DNA of 32,000 nt from Microcystis aeruginosa NIES-2549 (GCF_000981785.2 NZ_CP011304.1:180001-212000), one strand, 5' to 3'; positions 6,801 through 15,701 are shown, numbered from the stretch's first letter. The notes: generated by a model not told the origin, from the sequence alone. Numbers and translations: made by a program.

Positions 6801-9026
6801 ATGAATCATATTTTTTCTGCTATTGATTTTCAGGCAATTAAAAATCACCCTAACTTTAAGGAAGACAGCGTTAGAGAAGTGATTATTTTACCTCTTTTAA
6901 CAAGTTTGGGCTACCAAGAGGATAATATCGAAAGAAGTAAAACCCTACGGCATCCCTTTTTAAAGGTTGGCAGTAAAAAACGTCCGATAAATTTAATTCC
7001 TGACTATGTTCTCAAAGTTAATCAAAGTTATGCTTGGGTATTAGAGGCTAAAAAACCAACGGAAAATATCTACGAAGGTGATTCAGTAGAACAGGTCTAT
7101 AGTTATGCCACTCATCCTGAAATCAGAAGTAATTATTTTGCTCTTTGTAATGGCCTAGAATTTAGTTTATTTAAGACCCTCGATACCAGTACACCTATCT
7201 TATATTTTTCTCTTGATGCAATTGCCGATAGTTGGCAAGAGTTGACCCAGTATTTAGCCCCAGATAGATTTCAAGTGGGGAAAAGTTTTAGTTATCAAAG
7301 CCATTCCCCAATCAGTCGCAAAACTTTTGACTACTCAAGTCGTCCCTTATTAGAACCAATTGAGGTAAAAAAACAACAAGCTAAAAGACATTTTGGTGTT
7401 CATGGATATTTTACTAAACAAGCATGGAATGTGGTGGCAGAATATATTAAAAACTTTAGTCAACCGGGAGATGTCATTCTTGATCCTTTTGGCGGTAGTG
7501 GAGTGACGGCAATTGAAGCTTTAATGAATAACCGCAAAGCGATTAGTATTGATATTAACCCTCTGGCTATTTTTCTTGTTAATTCTTTAATTAGTCCCGT
7601 TGATTTTGATGATTTAAGTCAGGCTTTTGAACGAGTTAAATTAGCCTACCAAGAGCGAGAACCGCAAACCAAAGAGGAAATAACAAAGATTCTCAATACC
7701 TATCCTTATCCCCAAGGTTTGAAACTGCCTAAAGGTTCTGATGTGGCTACTGTTGAACAGTTATTTAGTAACAAACAATTAGCTCAACTAAGTTTATTAA
7801 AACATTTGATTAAACAAGAACTAAACGAGAATGTTAGAGAGTCTTTATTGTTAGTTTTTTCCAGTACAATCAATAAGTATAATTTGACTTTTCATTACAC
7901 AAGAAGTGCGGCGGGGGGTGATAGTTCTGTATTTAGATATTATCGCTATAGAATTGCTCATGAACCTGGAGAAATGCCCTTAATAAAAATTTATGAAACT
8001 AAATTTAAAAAACTTGTTGCAGCTAAACAAGAAATGGAGTTTTATGTTAATAAAAACACCATCAACTATGCCAAAATTGTTAAAGGAACAGCGACAGACT
8101 TAAATTTTATTGAAAATGAAAGCGTTGATTATATTTATACCGATCCTCCCTACGGAAAGAAAATTCCCTACTTAGATTTATCAATAATGTGGAATGCTTG
8201 GTTAGATTTAGAAGTGACGGAAAAGGACTATCAATTAGAAGCTATTGAAGGTGGAACAATCCAAAAAAGTAAACAGGAATATAATCAATTAATTGCCCAA
8301 AGTATTCGAGAAATGTATCGGGTTTTAAAATTTGAGCGATGGTTATCCTTTGTCTTTGCTCACAAAGATCCTGAGTTTTGGCATTTAATTTTAGATACGG
8401 CAGAAAGTTGCGGATTTGAGTATGTGGGAGCAGTGCCACAAAAAAATGGACAAACGAGCTTTAAAAAGCGGCAAAATCCCTTTACAGTTTTATCAGGACA
8501 GTTAATTATTAATTTTCGGAAAGTTCCCACTCCCAAAGCGGTAATGAAAGCTAACTTAGGCATGGATATCACCGAGATTGTCATGCAAACTGTTGAAGGA
8601 ATTATTGCTAAAAATGATGGGGCAACCCTAGAACAAATTAACGATGAATTGATTATTAAAGGTTTGGAATTAGGGTTTTTAGATTTACTAGCCAAGGAGT
8701 ATTCAGACTTGACTCCAATTTTGTTAGATAATTTTGATTATGAGGAAAAGACTGAATTATATACCATCAAAAAAGATAGTAAGTTTAAGTCAAAAATCGA
8801 TGTTAAATTGAGAATTAAATACTATTTGATTAGCTATTTGAGAAGGATGGAAAGAGATAATAAAAGCTCTAGTTTTGATGATATTGTTTTTAATATATTA
8901 CCTCTGTTAAAAAATGGCACAACTCCCGAAAATCAGACGATTCTAAGCGTCCTCGAAGATATTGCCCAGAGAGTTGGTGATGATAACTGGCGCTTAAAAC
9001 AAGAAGGACAATTGAGTTTATTTTAA
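6801..9026 (+). CDS. Fusion protein: N-terminal HsdR_N-like PD-(D/E)xK nuclease domain + DPPY-type DNA (probably N6-adenine) methyltransferase + ~200-aa C-terminal region of unknown function
   Basis: 741 aa. The N-terminus reads KEDSVREVIILPLLTSLGY...LIPDYVLKVNQSYAWVLEAKKP...YFALCNGLEFSLF, giving a D-x13-ExK spacing and an HSDR_N-like layout. SAM motif I is ILDPFGGSGVTAIEA (~aa 226). Catalytic motif IV is DYIYTDPPYGKKIPYLDLSIMWNAWL (~aa 443). GC is roughly 33%, well below the neighbouring genes. Confidence 0.75.
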   Translation: MNHIFSAIDFQAIKNHPNFKEDSVREVIILPLLTSLGYQEDNIERSKTLRHPFLKVGSKKRPINLIPDYVLKVNQSYAWVLEAKKPTENIYEGDSVEQVYSYATHPEIRSNYFALCNGLEFSLFKTLDTSTPILYFSLDAIADSWQELTQYLAPDRFQVGKSFSYQSHSPISRKTFDYSSRPLLEPIEVKKQQAKRHFGVHGYFTKQAWNVVAEYIKNFSQPGDVILDPFGGSGVTAIEALMNNRKAISIDINPLAIFLVNSLISPVDFDDLSQAFERVKLAYQEREPQTKEEITKILNTYPYPQGLKLPKGSDVATVEQLFSNKQLAQLSLLKHLIKQELNENVRESLLLVFSSTINKYNLTFHYTRSAAGGDSSVFRYYRYRIAHEPGEMPLIKIYETKFKKLVAAKQEMEFYVNKNTINYAKIVKGTATDLNFIENESVDYIYTDPPYGKKIPYLDLSIMWNAWLDLEVTEKDYQLEAIEGGTIQKSKQEYNQLIAQSIREMYRVLKFERWLSFVFAHKDPEFWHLILDTAESCGFEYVGAVPQKNGQTSFKKRQNPFTVLSGQLIINFRKVPTPKAVMKANLGMDITEIVMQTVEGIIAKNDGATLEQINDELIIKGLELGFLDLLAKEYSDLTPILLDNFDYEEKTELYTIKKDSKFKSKIDVKLRIKYYLISYLRRMERDNKSSSFDDIVFNILPLLKNGTTPENQTILSVLEDIAQRVGDDNWRLKQEGQLSLF

Positions 9027-9034
9027 ATCCAGTG

Positions 9035-9399
9035 GCAGCACACTTTTTTCTTTTTGTCAAAAAAACTTTCTCTTTGCAACAAAACTACACAATTAATTGA
9101 TCAACGGGTTGGCTTAAAAAAGGCTCTTTAACTGCCAGTTGTTGCTGTTGCTGAATAGGTGAGTGTAGATTTAGCAAGGGTTTTCAGGATCACCAGACAG
9201 CTAAAAAGCCAAAAAAGCACAGAACATACCATCACTTCATACTGCGAAATTATACCATAATCGCTGGAAGTATTGCAACCTCGTAAACAAATGAGAATTA
9301 TTTTCAATAAATTCTTAAGACAAAGATAAATATTGCGAAATGTAAATTTAAATATGCTCAACTATTAACGCTTGTTTGATATAAAAAACTTATAAAAAG
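9035..9399 (+). repeat. Direct repeat copy 2, right flank of the cassette
   Basis: Begins 8 nt after the stop of the 741-aa ORF and is collinear with 6205-6567. Confidence 0.95.
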
Positions 9400-9441
9400 T
9401 GGTAATTTTTACTGACTGATAACTGATTACTGAGACAAACT

Positions 9442-10008
9442 TTACACAGGAATGACAACTGCTGTTAAAGCGGCAGTAACCGCGTCCATCGGTTGATTAC
9501 CGTCGATATGGTTAAGAGTCCCCTTTTGACCGTAATAATCTAAAACGGGGGCAGTTTGGTCGATATAAACCTGTAGGCGACGGGCGATGGTTTCTTTAGT
9601 ATCATCTTGACGACCCCGTTGCATGAGACGCTCAATTAAGACCGTATCTGGTACAGCCAAATTAACCACAAATGTGTAACTATCGGCCAATTCTTCCAGT
9701 AATGCGTCTAAAAAGCTCGCCTGTGCCACCGTGCGGGGAAACCCATCAAGAATCCAACCCTTAGCACTGTCAGGCTGTTTTAAACGTTCCTGAATTAAAC
9801 CTAATAACAACTCATCGGGGACTAATTCGCCCTTTTCCACATAAGCTTGTGCTTGTTGACCAAGTTCTGTCTTCTCTGTAATTGCTTGACGTAAAATTTC
9901 ACCGGTAGAAATATGGGGAATCGTCAGAGATTCCGCTAATTTTGCCGCTTGGGTACCTTTTCCCGATCCGGGCGGTCCCAAAAATATCACACCGATCCGT
10001 TTGCTCAT
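9442..10008 (-). CDS. adk: Adenylate kinase
   Basis: 188 aa with P-loop GPPGSGKGTQA. It lacks the zinc-lid cysteines (short lid) and sits directly after secY. Confidence 0.95.
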   Translation of the reverse strand: MSKRIGVIFLGPPGSGKGTQAAKLAESLTIPHISTGEILRQAITEKTELGQQAQAYVEKGELVPDELLLGLIQERLKQPDSAKGWILDGFPRTVAQASFLDALLEELADSYTFVVNLAVPDTVLIERLMQRGRQDDTKETIARRLQVYIDQTAPVLDYYGQKGTLNHIDGNQPMDAVTAALTAVVIPV

Positions 10009-10079
10009 GGGATTAAATATAGGGTTTTAAGGGAAAAAATAACCAGTAACCGCTAAAAGGTCACTGGCTAACTATCTAA

Positions 10080-11399
10080 CTACTGTTTAATCATGCCCTC
10101 ATAGCGTTGAGAGATGACATAGGTTTGAATTTGTTTCGCCGTATCGATCGCCACCCCCACCAGAATTAACAGGGAAGTTGCCCCCAAACCGCGAAAAGTG
10201 GTGACACCGGTGGCGCTTTCTACTACAGTCGGCACAGTAGCCACCAAACTTAAAAAGAGAGCGCCCAAAAGGGTGAGACGATTCAGCACCCCTTCCAGAT
10301 AATTAGTAGTAGCGGTCCCCGGTCGAATCCCCGGAATACTGGTCCCCATTTTTTTCAGGTTTTGGGACATATCCTTGGGGTTAACGATCAGGGAAGCGTA
10401 GAAGAAACTAAAACCGAGAATTAGTAAGCTATAAAAAGCCACATAACCCCAACTATCGGGACGCAGGGCATTAACCAACTGAACTAAAACCTGACCGACC
10501 GGGTTATCCGTGGGTAAAGCTTGCACCAATTGGAAAGGTAAGACCAACACTGCCGAGGCGAAAATAATCGGCATCACGCCCCCTTGATTGAGTCGTAGGG
10601 GTAGATAACTGGTTCTTTCCCGATAGAGACGACGACCCACCTGACGACGGGCAGAAACAATAGGAATCCGACGGGTTCCTTCCTGAACAAAAACAATGCC
10701 GATAATCATCACCAAGAAAACCAGCAAGAGAATCACCACTTGAGCGATCGCTTGTCGGCCACCCTGTTGGGCAAAAGTAATTGTATCACCGAGGGTTTTT
10801 GGTAAAACAGCGACAATGTTGACAAAAATCAGCAAAGATGCTCCATTTCCCAGACCGCGTTCTGTGATCAGTTCCGAAATCCACATCACGAACATAGAAC
10901 CCGCCACTAAAGCGAGAACCGTAGCAGCGATCGAGGGTAAAGTTCCGGCCACAACGCCGTTAGCCACCAATAAACCGAGAGTAATACCGATACTTTGAAT
11001 AATTGACCAACCAAAGGCAATATAACGGGTAATTTGGGCAATTTTTCGCCGTCCTGCCTCTCCTTCATTTTTCTGTAAATCTTCCAAAGAAGGAAGGGCA
11101 GCGGTGAGCAGTTGCACGATAATTGAGGCGTTGATATAGGGAAGAATGCCGAGGGCAAAAATCCCTAACGTCGATAATCCTCCCCCGGTGAACAGGTCAA
11201 GGATTCCCAAAGCGGCGTTACTTTGAATAATTTCTGCTAATCTTGCCCGATCCAAACCGGGTATCGGTACAAACATCCCAAAACGGAGCAGAATCAGTAA
11301 ACCCAATGTAATCAACAAGCGACCGCGTAAACCGGCCGCCTGTGCCATTTGCATAAACGTTTCCTGTGCCGTGGGAGCCTTATCACGACTAACGACCAT
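10080..11399 (-). CDS. secY: Preprotein translocase subunit SecY
   Basis: 439-aa polytopic membrane protein with the motifs GILPYINASIIVQLL and RRIPIVSARR, at the expected operon position after rplO. Confidence 0.95.
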   Translation of the reverse strand: MVVSRDKAPTAQETFMQMAQAAGLRGRLLITLGLLILLRFGMFVPIPGLDRARLAEIIQSNAALGILDLFTGGGLSTLGIFALGILPYINASIIVQLLTAALPSLEDLQKNEGEAGRRKIAQITRYIAFGWSIIQSIGITLGLLVANGVVAGTLPSIAATVLALVAGSMFVMWISELITERGLGNGASLLIFVNIVAVLPKTLGDTITFAQQGGRQAIAQVVILLLVFLVMIIGIVFVQEGTRRIPIVSARRQVGRRLYRERTSYLPLRLNQGGVMPIIFASAVLVLPFQLVQALPTDNPVGQVLVQLVNALRPDSWGYVAFYSLLILGFSFFYASLIVNPKDMSQNLKKMGTSIPGIRPGTATTNYLEGVLNRLTLLGALFLSLVATVPTVVESATGVTTFRGLGATSLLILVGVAIDTAKQIQTYVISQRYEGMIKQ

Positions 11400-11511
11400 T
11401 AACAGTTACCTCTAGTGCAGTTTTTTTATGGGAAAAAGTAATCGAGGGGGAAAACTTTCTCGATTTTTTTAAGATTTCCCCTGTGTTTATTATGATATAG
11501 CAATCCGGTCT

Positions 11512-11586
11512 TGGGGATTGGGTGTTAGGGGTTGGGTGTAGGGTGTAGGGTGTGGGGTGTAGGGTGTGGGGTGTAGGGTGTGGGGA
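11512..11586 (+). repeat. G-run tandem array (GGGTGTA/GGGGTGT units), a candidate G-quadruplex on the plus strand and a C-rich tract in the operon mRNA
   Basis: Eleven runs of GGG or GGGG separated by 2-5-nt loops, with a 15-nt period GGGTGTGGGGTGTAG repeated about 3 times. Confidence 0.9.
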
Positions 11587-11597
11587 GAACAAAGCTG

Positions 11598-11646
11598 CCC
11601 TTTACCTTTTGCCTTTTGCCTTTTGCCTTTTGCCTTTTGCCTTTTA
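11598..11646 (+). repeat. Heptanucleotide tandem repeat (CCTTTTG)5 with degenerate flanking units
   Basis: Five perfect units at 11605-11639, directly downstream of the rplO stop. It reads (CAAAAGG)n in the mRNA sense. Confidence 0.95.
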
Positions 11647-11659
11647 TCTCCTGTCTCCG

Positions 11660-12103
11660 TTAAATTTCTTCCCAAGTACCTTGAGCGGCGGTAATTTTCT
11701 CTTTAGCACTATTGCTAAAAGCGGCGGCCTTCACCTTGAGGGGAACGGTAATTTCACCATCACCCAAAACTTTTAAAGGACCGTCGTTGCTGGTGAGAAT
11801 GTTAGCTTTTAGCAGACTTTCTAGGGTAACTTCCGTATTAGCGGGTAAAGAAGCTAATTTTTTCAGATTAACAATCGTGTATTGACGGGGGTTAACCAAA
11901 GGAAAATGCTTTAATTTGGGAACCCGACGATAGAGGGGCATTTGTCCCCCCTCAAAACCGGGACGAGTCCCCGTCCCAGAGCGAGATTTTTGTCCGCGCA
12001 TTCCCAGACCGCAACTAGCGCCCTGGCCGGCCGAGACACCCCGTCCCACACGACGACGGCGTTTAGTGGACCCCGGTTGGGGGGCGATTTCGTGGAGTTT
12101 CAT
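11660..12103 (-). CDS. rplO: 50S ribosomal protein L15
   Basis: [28 protein letters not shown]..., located between rpsE and secY. Confidence 0.95.
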   Translation of the reverse strand: MKLHEIAPQPGSTKRRRRVGRGVSAGQGASCGLGMRGQKSRSGTGTRPGFEGGQMPLYRRVPKLKHFPLVNPRQYTIVNLKKLASLPANTEVTLESLLKANILTSNDGPLKVLGDGEITVPLKVKAAAFSNSAKEKITAAQGTWEEI

Positions 12104-12113
12104 GGTGATTTCT

Positions 12114-12635
12114 TTATGTGTACAAATGTTCTACAGATACGCCTCGATCCTTGGCCACTTCCGAGAAAGTGCGGAGAGTTTCCAGGGCGTTAACGGCGGC
12201 TCTAGCGTTATTGAGGGGGTTATCGCTACCGAGTTGTTTAGCGAGGATATTTTTCACCCCAGCTAATTCTAAAACGGTACGGACAGCACCCCCGGCAATA
12301 ACCCCAGTCCCCGGAGCCGCCGGACGCATAAGCACCTGAGCGCCACCGGAAGCGCCCCGGGTGAGGTGAGTGATGGAACTAGCCTTAGTTAAGGAGACTT
12401 CAATTAGTTGTTTTTTACCATCGGCCACGCCTTTACGGACGGCCCCGATAACGTCTCCTGCTTTGCCGACTCCCACTCCCACCTGGCCGTTTTCATTACC
12501 GACCACGACGATGGCCCGGAAGCTGAGTTTTTTACCACCCTTAACCACTTTACTAACCCGGCGGATCTGGATGACCCGCTCTTGCCAAGTGGTTTCTTTT
12601 TCTTTTTCGCGGTTGCCTTTGCGACGTTTTGCCAT
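12114..12635 (-). CDS. rpsE: 30S ribosomal protein S5
   Basis: [30 protein letters not shown] and [11 protein letters not shown] motifs. Confidence 0.95.
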   Translation of the reverse strand: MAKRRKGNREKEKETTWQERVIQIRRVSKVVKGGKKLSFRAIVVVGNENGQVGVGVGKAGDVIGAVRKGVADGKKQLIEVSLTKASSITHLTRGASGGAQVLMRPAAPGTGVIAGGAVRTVLELAGVKNILAKQLGSDNPLNNARAAVNALETLRTFSEVAKDRGVSVEHLYT

Positions 12636-12661
12636 AGTTTTATCAGTGTTGAAAGGATATT

Positions 12662-13024
12662 TTAGAAGTTTAAGCCGGCTGACCGAGCCGCTTCTGCTAA
12701 GGCTTTGACGCGACCGTGATAGAGATTGCCACCGCGATCAAAAACCACTTGTTCGATGCCTCTTTCTAGGGCCCGTTGGGCCACCAGTTTACCCACGGCA
12801 GCCGAGGCTTCTTGGGTAGCGGTGGATTCCAATTCCCCGCGCAAGGTGGCCTCTAGGGTAGAAGCGGCCGCGAGGGTGTGTTGGGCTACGTCGTCGATAA
12901 TTTGGGCGTAGATGTGGTTATTAGAACGAAATACGGATAAACGCGGCCGTTCAGCAGTGCCATTAATTTTGCGACGCACACGCTGGTGACGACGACGGAC
13001 TGATTCTTTGCGACTAAGTTTCAT
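12662..13024 (-). CDS. rplR: 50S ribosomal protein L18
   Basis: [20 protein letters not shown]...[22 protein letters not shown]. Confidence 0.95.
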   Translation of the reverse strand: MKLSRKESVRRRHQRVRRKINGTAERPRLSVFRSNNHIYAQIIDDVAQHTLAAASTLEATLRGELESTATQEASAAVGKLVAQRALERGIEQVVFDRGGNLYHGRVKALAEAARSAGLNF

Positions 13025-13027
13025 GGT

Positions 13028-13597
13028 TTATTTTTTACCTCCTTTACCGCCTTTAGCGCCTTTACCGCCAGCTTTACCAACTTTGCGACGGACAACTTCA
13101 CCAAGATAGCGAATCCCTTTTCCTTTATAAGGTTCGGGGGGACGAACTTCGCGGATTTTAGCGGCAATGTTACCGACGGCTTCTTTGTCGATGCCACTGA
13201 CGATAACTTGGGTGTTGTTTTCTACGGCGACGGAAACACCATCGGGCATCTCCATTTCCACCTGTTTACTGTAACCAACAGTAAGAACTAATTTACTACC
13301 CTGCGCTTGGGCGCGGTAGCCCACCCCTTGGATATCGAGGCGTTTTTGAAAGCCAGTCGCGACTCCTTCTACCATGTTGGCCACTAGAGTTCTACAGAGT
13401 CCGTGGCGTTCTCTGGCAGTACGCGAATCGTCTTGACGGGTAACGAGCAGGGTTTCGCCATCTTTATCGATGGCGACGGCGGTGGGTAGGGTTCTCTGGA
13501 GAGTTCCTTTAGGCCCCTTCACCGTCACGGTAGCACCATCGATATCGACGGTGACTTTATTGGGAATAGGGATCGGGCGTTTGCCAATACGAGACAT
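13028..13597 (-). CDS. rplF: 50S ribosomal protein L6 (with Gly/Lys-rich C-terminal tail)
   Basis: [21 protein letters not shown]...[10 protein letters not shown]. The C-terminus is [16 protein letters not shown]. Confidence 0.95.
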   Translation of the reverse strand: MSRIGKRPIPIPNKVTVDIDGATVTVKGPKGTLQRTLPTAVAIDKDGETLLVTRQDDSRTARERHGLCRTLVANMVEGVATGFQKRLDIQGVGYRAQAQGSKLVLTVGYSKQVEMEMPDGVSVAVENNTQVIVSGIDKEAVGNIAAKIREVRPPEPYKGKGIRYLGEVVRRKVGKAGGKGAKGGKGGKK

Positions 13598-13599
13598 AA

Positions 13600-13630
13600 C
13601 AGTTATCAGTTATCAGTTATCAGTTATCAG
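13600..13630 (-). repeat. Heptamer tandem repeat, (CAGTTAT)4.4 on the plus strand = (CUGAUAA)n in the operon transcript
   Basis: Perfect units at 13600-13630, with degenerate copies to about 13658, in the rplF-rpsH spacer. Confidence 0.95.
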
Positions 13631-13701
13631 GGAAGAGTTATCAGTGGGTCAGCTATCGGGTTTAAACTTGGAAAGGCTGACGGCTGATAGCTTATCCTTG
13701 T

Positions 13702-14103
13702 TTACCAGATGTAGCAAAGGACTTCGCCGCCAACGTTTTGTTTACGGGCCTCGCGATCGGTCATAATGCCTTTAGAGGTGGAAACAATGGCGATGCCAAT
13801 GCCACCGAGGACGCGAGGTAAGTCTTTACTATTGGAATAAACTCGCAGGCCCGGTTTACTGACTCTGGTGAGGGTAGTAATGATCGGTTGACGGTTTTTG
13901 CCTTTATATTTGAGGGAAAGCACTAATTGAGATTTAATCCCCTCACCCACTTCCTCAAAGTCAGCAATAAAGCCTTCGTCTTTGAGAACTTGGGCAATAC
14001 TGCGCGTCATCCGCGTGGTGGGGATTTGAGTAGTGGTCTGCCGAACCGCGCAAGCGTTACGGATGCGGGTCAGCATATCCGAGATGGTATCGTTAGCAGA
14101 CAT
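13702..14103 (-). CDS. rpsH: 30S ribosomal protein S8
   Basis: [13 protein letters not shown]...GGEVLCYIW. Confidence 0.95.
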   Translation of the reverse strand: MSANDTISDMLTRIRNACAVRQTTTQIPTTRMTRSIAQVLKDEGFIADFEEVGEGIKSQLVLSLKYKGKNRQPIITTLTRVSKPGLRVYSNSKDLPRVLGGIGIAIVSTSKGIMTDREARKQNVGGEVLCYIW

Positions 14104-14139
14104 GAATTACCTGTTTTTCTCCTAAATTGGGATCAACAT

Positions 14140-14178
14140 CAGTGGTCAGTTATCAGTTATCAGTGGGTCAGTTATCAG
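14140..14178 (-). repeat. Heptamer tandem repeat of the CAGTTAT/CAGTGGT family
   Basis: cagtggt cagttat cagttat cagtgggt cagttat cag, in the rpsH-rplE spacer. Confidence 0.9.
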
Positions 14179-14236
14179 ATTTGAGTATTAAGTGAGTAGT
14201 ATTAAATAGCAGGTTCCTGCTGTCTTTTCACTCAAT

Positions 14237-14297
14237 CACTGTTTACTGTTTACTGTTGACTGTTCACTGTTCACTTATTTACCGGTCACTGTTTACT
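14237..14297 (-). repeat. Heptamer tandem repeat of the NACTGTT family (minus strand AACAGTN, resembling STRR3 CAACAGT)
   Basis: cactgtt tactgtt tactgtt gactgtt cactgtt cacttat, plus a further cactgtttact at 14287-14297. Confidence 0.9.
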
Positions 14298-14312
14298 TTT
14301 CTCTTGATTGAT

Positions 14313-14852
14313 TTATCTAAAGGGCATTCCCATCTCTTTGAGGAGGGCGCGTCCTTCTTCGTCGTTTTTAGCGGTGGTGATGATTGAGATGTCCATCCCG
14401 CGAATTTGATCGATTTTGTCGTATTCAATTTCAGGGAAGATCAACTGTTCACGAATGCCTAAACTGTAGTTACCACGACCATCAAAACTGTTACCACTGA
14501 TACCGCGAAAGTCGCGAATGCGTGGTAAGGCCAGATTAATGAGACGGTCTAAAAAAGCGTACATTCGATCGCCGCGCAATGTCACCATGACACCCACGGG
14601 CATTCCTTCGCGAATTTTGAAGCCAGCGATCGCTTTTTTAGCTCTAGTCACTACCGGTTGTTGTCCGGTGATGGTGGACAGTTCTTCCTTGGAAGACTCC
14701 AAAGCTTTGGCATTTTGTGAAGCTTCCCCAAGACCGCGGTTAACAGTAATTTTGATAACTTTAGGTACTTGGTGGATATTGGTATAACCAAATTGTTCTT
14801 TCAGTTTCGGAACAATGGTTTCTTGATAGGTGGTTTTTAGTCTTTGGCTCAT
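14313..14852 (-). CDS. rplE: 50S ribosomal protein L5
   Basis: [15 protein letters not shown]...[12 protein letters not shown]. Confidence 0.95.
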   Translation of the reverse strand: MSQRLKTTYQETIVPKLKEQFGYTNIHQVPKVIKITVNRGLGEASQNAKALESSKEELSTITGQQPVVTRAKKAIAGFKIREGMPVGVMVTLRGDRMYAFLDRLINLALPRIRDFRGISGNSFDGRGNYSLGIREQLIFPEIEYDKIDQIRGMDISIITTAKNDEEGRALLKEMGMPFR

Positions 14853-14906
14853 AGTTTTGCTGCTTACTTTTCCTGGGCTTGGTCAGGAACTAGAATTGAT
14901 GGGAAA

Positions 14907-15260
14907 CTAATCGATAATTTCGCCAGTTTTCTTCAGTATCCGCACTTTCCGACCGTCTTCGGTAAAGGTATAACCCACCCGACTGGCGATTTTTTTCTTC
15001 TCGGAATAGAGCATCACTTTGGAACTGTGAATCGGTGCTTCGTAGGTAACGATTTGACCCGATTCCCCTTCCTGTTGGGGTTTAGTATGTTTGGTGCGGA
15101 TATTAACTCCCTTGACCACCACGGTGCTTTCTTGGGGTAGGGCCCGTAAAATTTCGCCCACTTTGCCCTTATCGGAACCAGCGATTACCTGAACCACATC
15201 CCCTTTTTTAACGTGCATTTTTTGCCTTTGGGGCGGGGTTTGAATGTTTTTCTTACTCAT
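14907..15260 (-). CDS. rplX: 50S ribosomal protein L24
   Basis: [27 protein letters not shown] motif. The track ORF starts at a TTG (15275). An ATG at 15260 (MSKKNIQ) preceded by GAGG is preferred. Confidence 0.9.
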   Translation of the reverse strand: MSKKNIQTPPQRQKMHVKKGDVVQVIAGSDKGKVGEILRALPQESTVVVKGVNIRTKHTKPQQEGESGQIVTYEAPIHSSKVMLYSEKKKIASRVGYTFTEDGRKVRILKKTGEIID

Positions 15261-15332
15261 TTTTTTTGACCTCAAAGTGTGAAAAGTTTTAGACTAGCCA
15301 TCAGCCAATTGCCTTGGTTCTTTTCACTTTGA

Positions 15333-15701
15333 TCAGAGAACTTCTGGGGCTAAGGAAACAATTTTGGTGTAATTTTTATCGCGCAATTCCCGAGCGACCG
15401 GACCAAAAACCCGCGTACCTTTGGGATTACCGTCATTATTAATAATCACGGCGGCGTTATCATCAAAACGGATGCTCATACCGCTATCGCGACGGACAGT
15501 TTGACGGGTCCGCACGATCACCGCAGTGACCACATCGGATTTTTTCACGGGCATATTGGGGATAGCGTCCTTAACCACGGCGATAATTTTGTCACCGATG
15601 CCACCGTAGGTACAGTTACCTGTTCCCAGAACCCGCAGACACATCAGTTTCCGCGCCCCGCTATTGTCAGCGACATTTAAGTAGGTTTGTTGTTGAATCA
15701 C
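15333..15701 (-). CDS. rplN: 50S ribosomal protein L14
   Basis: [26 protein letters not shown]... Confidence 0.95.
   Translation of the reverse strand: MIQQQTYLNVADNSGARKLMCLRVLGTGNCTYGGIGDKIIAVVKDAIPNMPVKKSDVVTAVIVRTRQTVRRDSGMSIRFDDNAAVIINNDGNPKGTRVFGPVARELRDKNYTKIVSLAPEVL

Noticed and set aside
9128-9361. 77-aa minus-strand ORF inside direct-repeat copy 2
   Set aside because: The equivalent frame is not intact in repeat copy 1, and no ORF is listed there. The product is low-complexity and hydrophobic from AT-rich DNA, so the repeat is treated as noncoding.
6205-9399. The cassette as an IS element, composite transposon or integron cassette
   Set aside because: There is no transposase or integrase ORF, no terminal inverted repeats at the ends of the 363-bp units, and no attC-like site that I can recognise. 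The flanking repeats are direct and long, pointing to homologous recombination rather than transposition.
11389-11776. Track ORFs at 11389-11592, 11490-11675 and 11552-11776 (HPTPHTLHPTPYT..., KAKGKRQKAKGK..., low-complexity)
   Set aside because: They are translations of the G-run and CCTTTTG tandem repeats. They have periodic low-complexity products, overlap each other on both strands, and lie inside an operon spacer.
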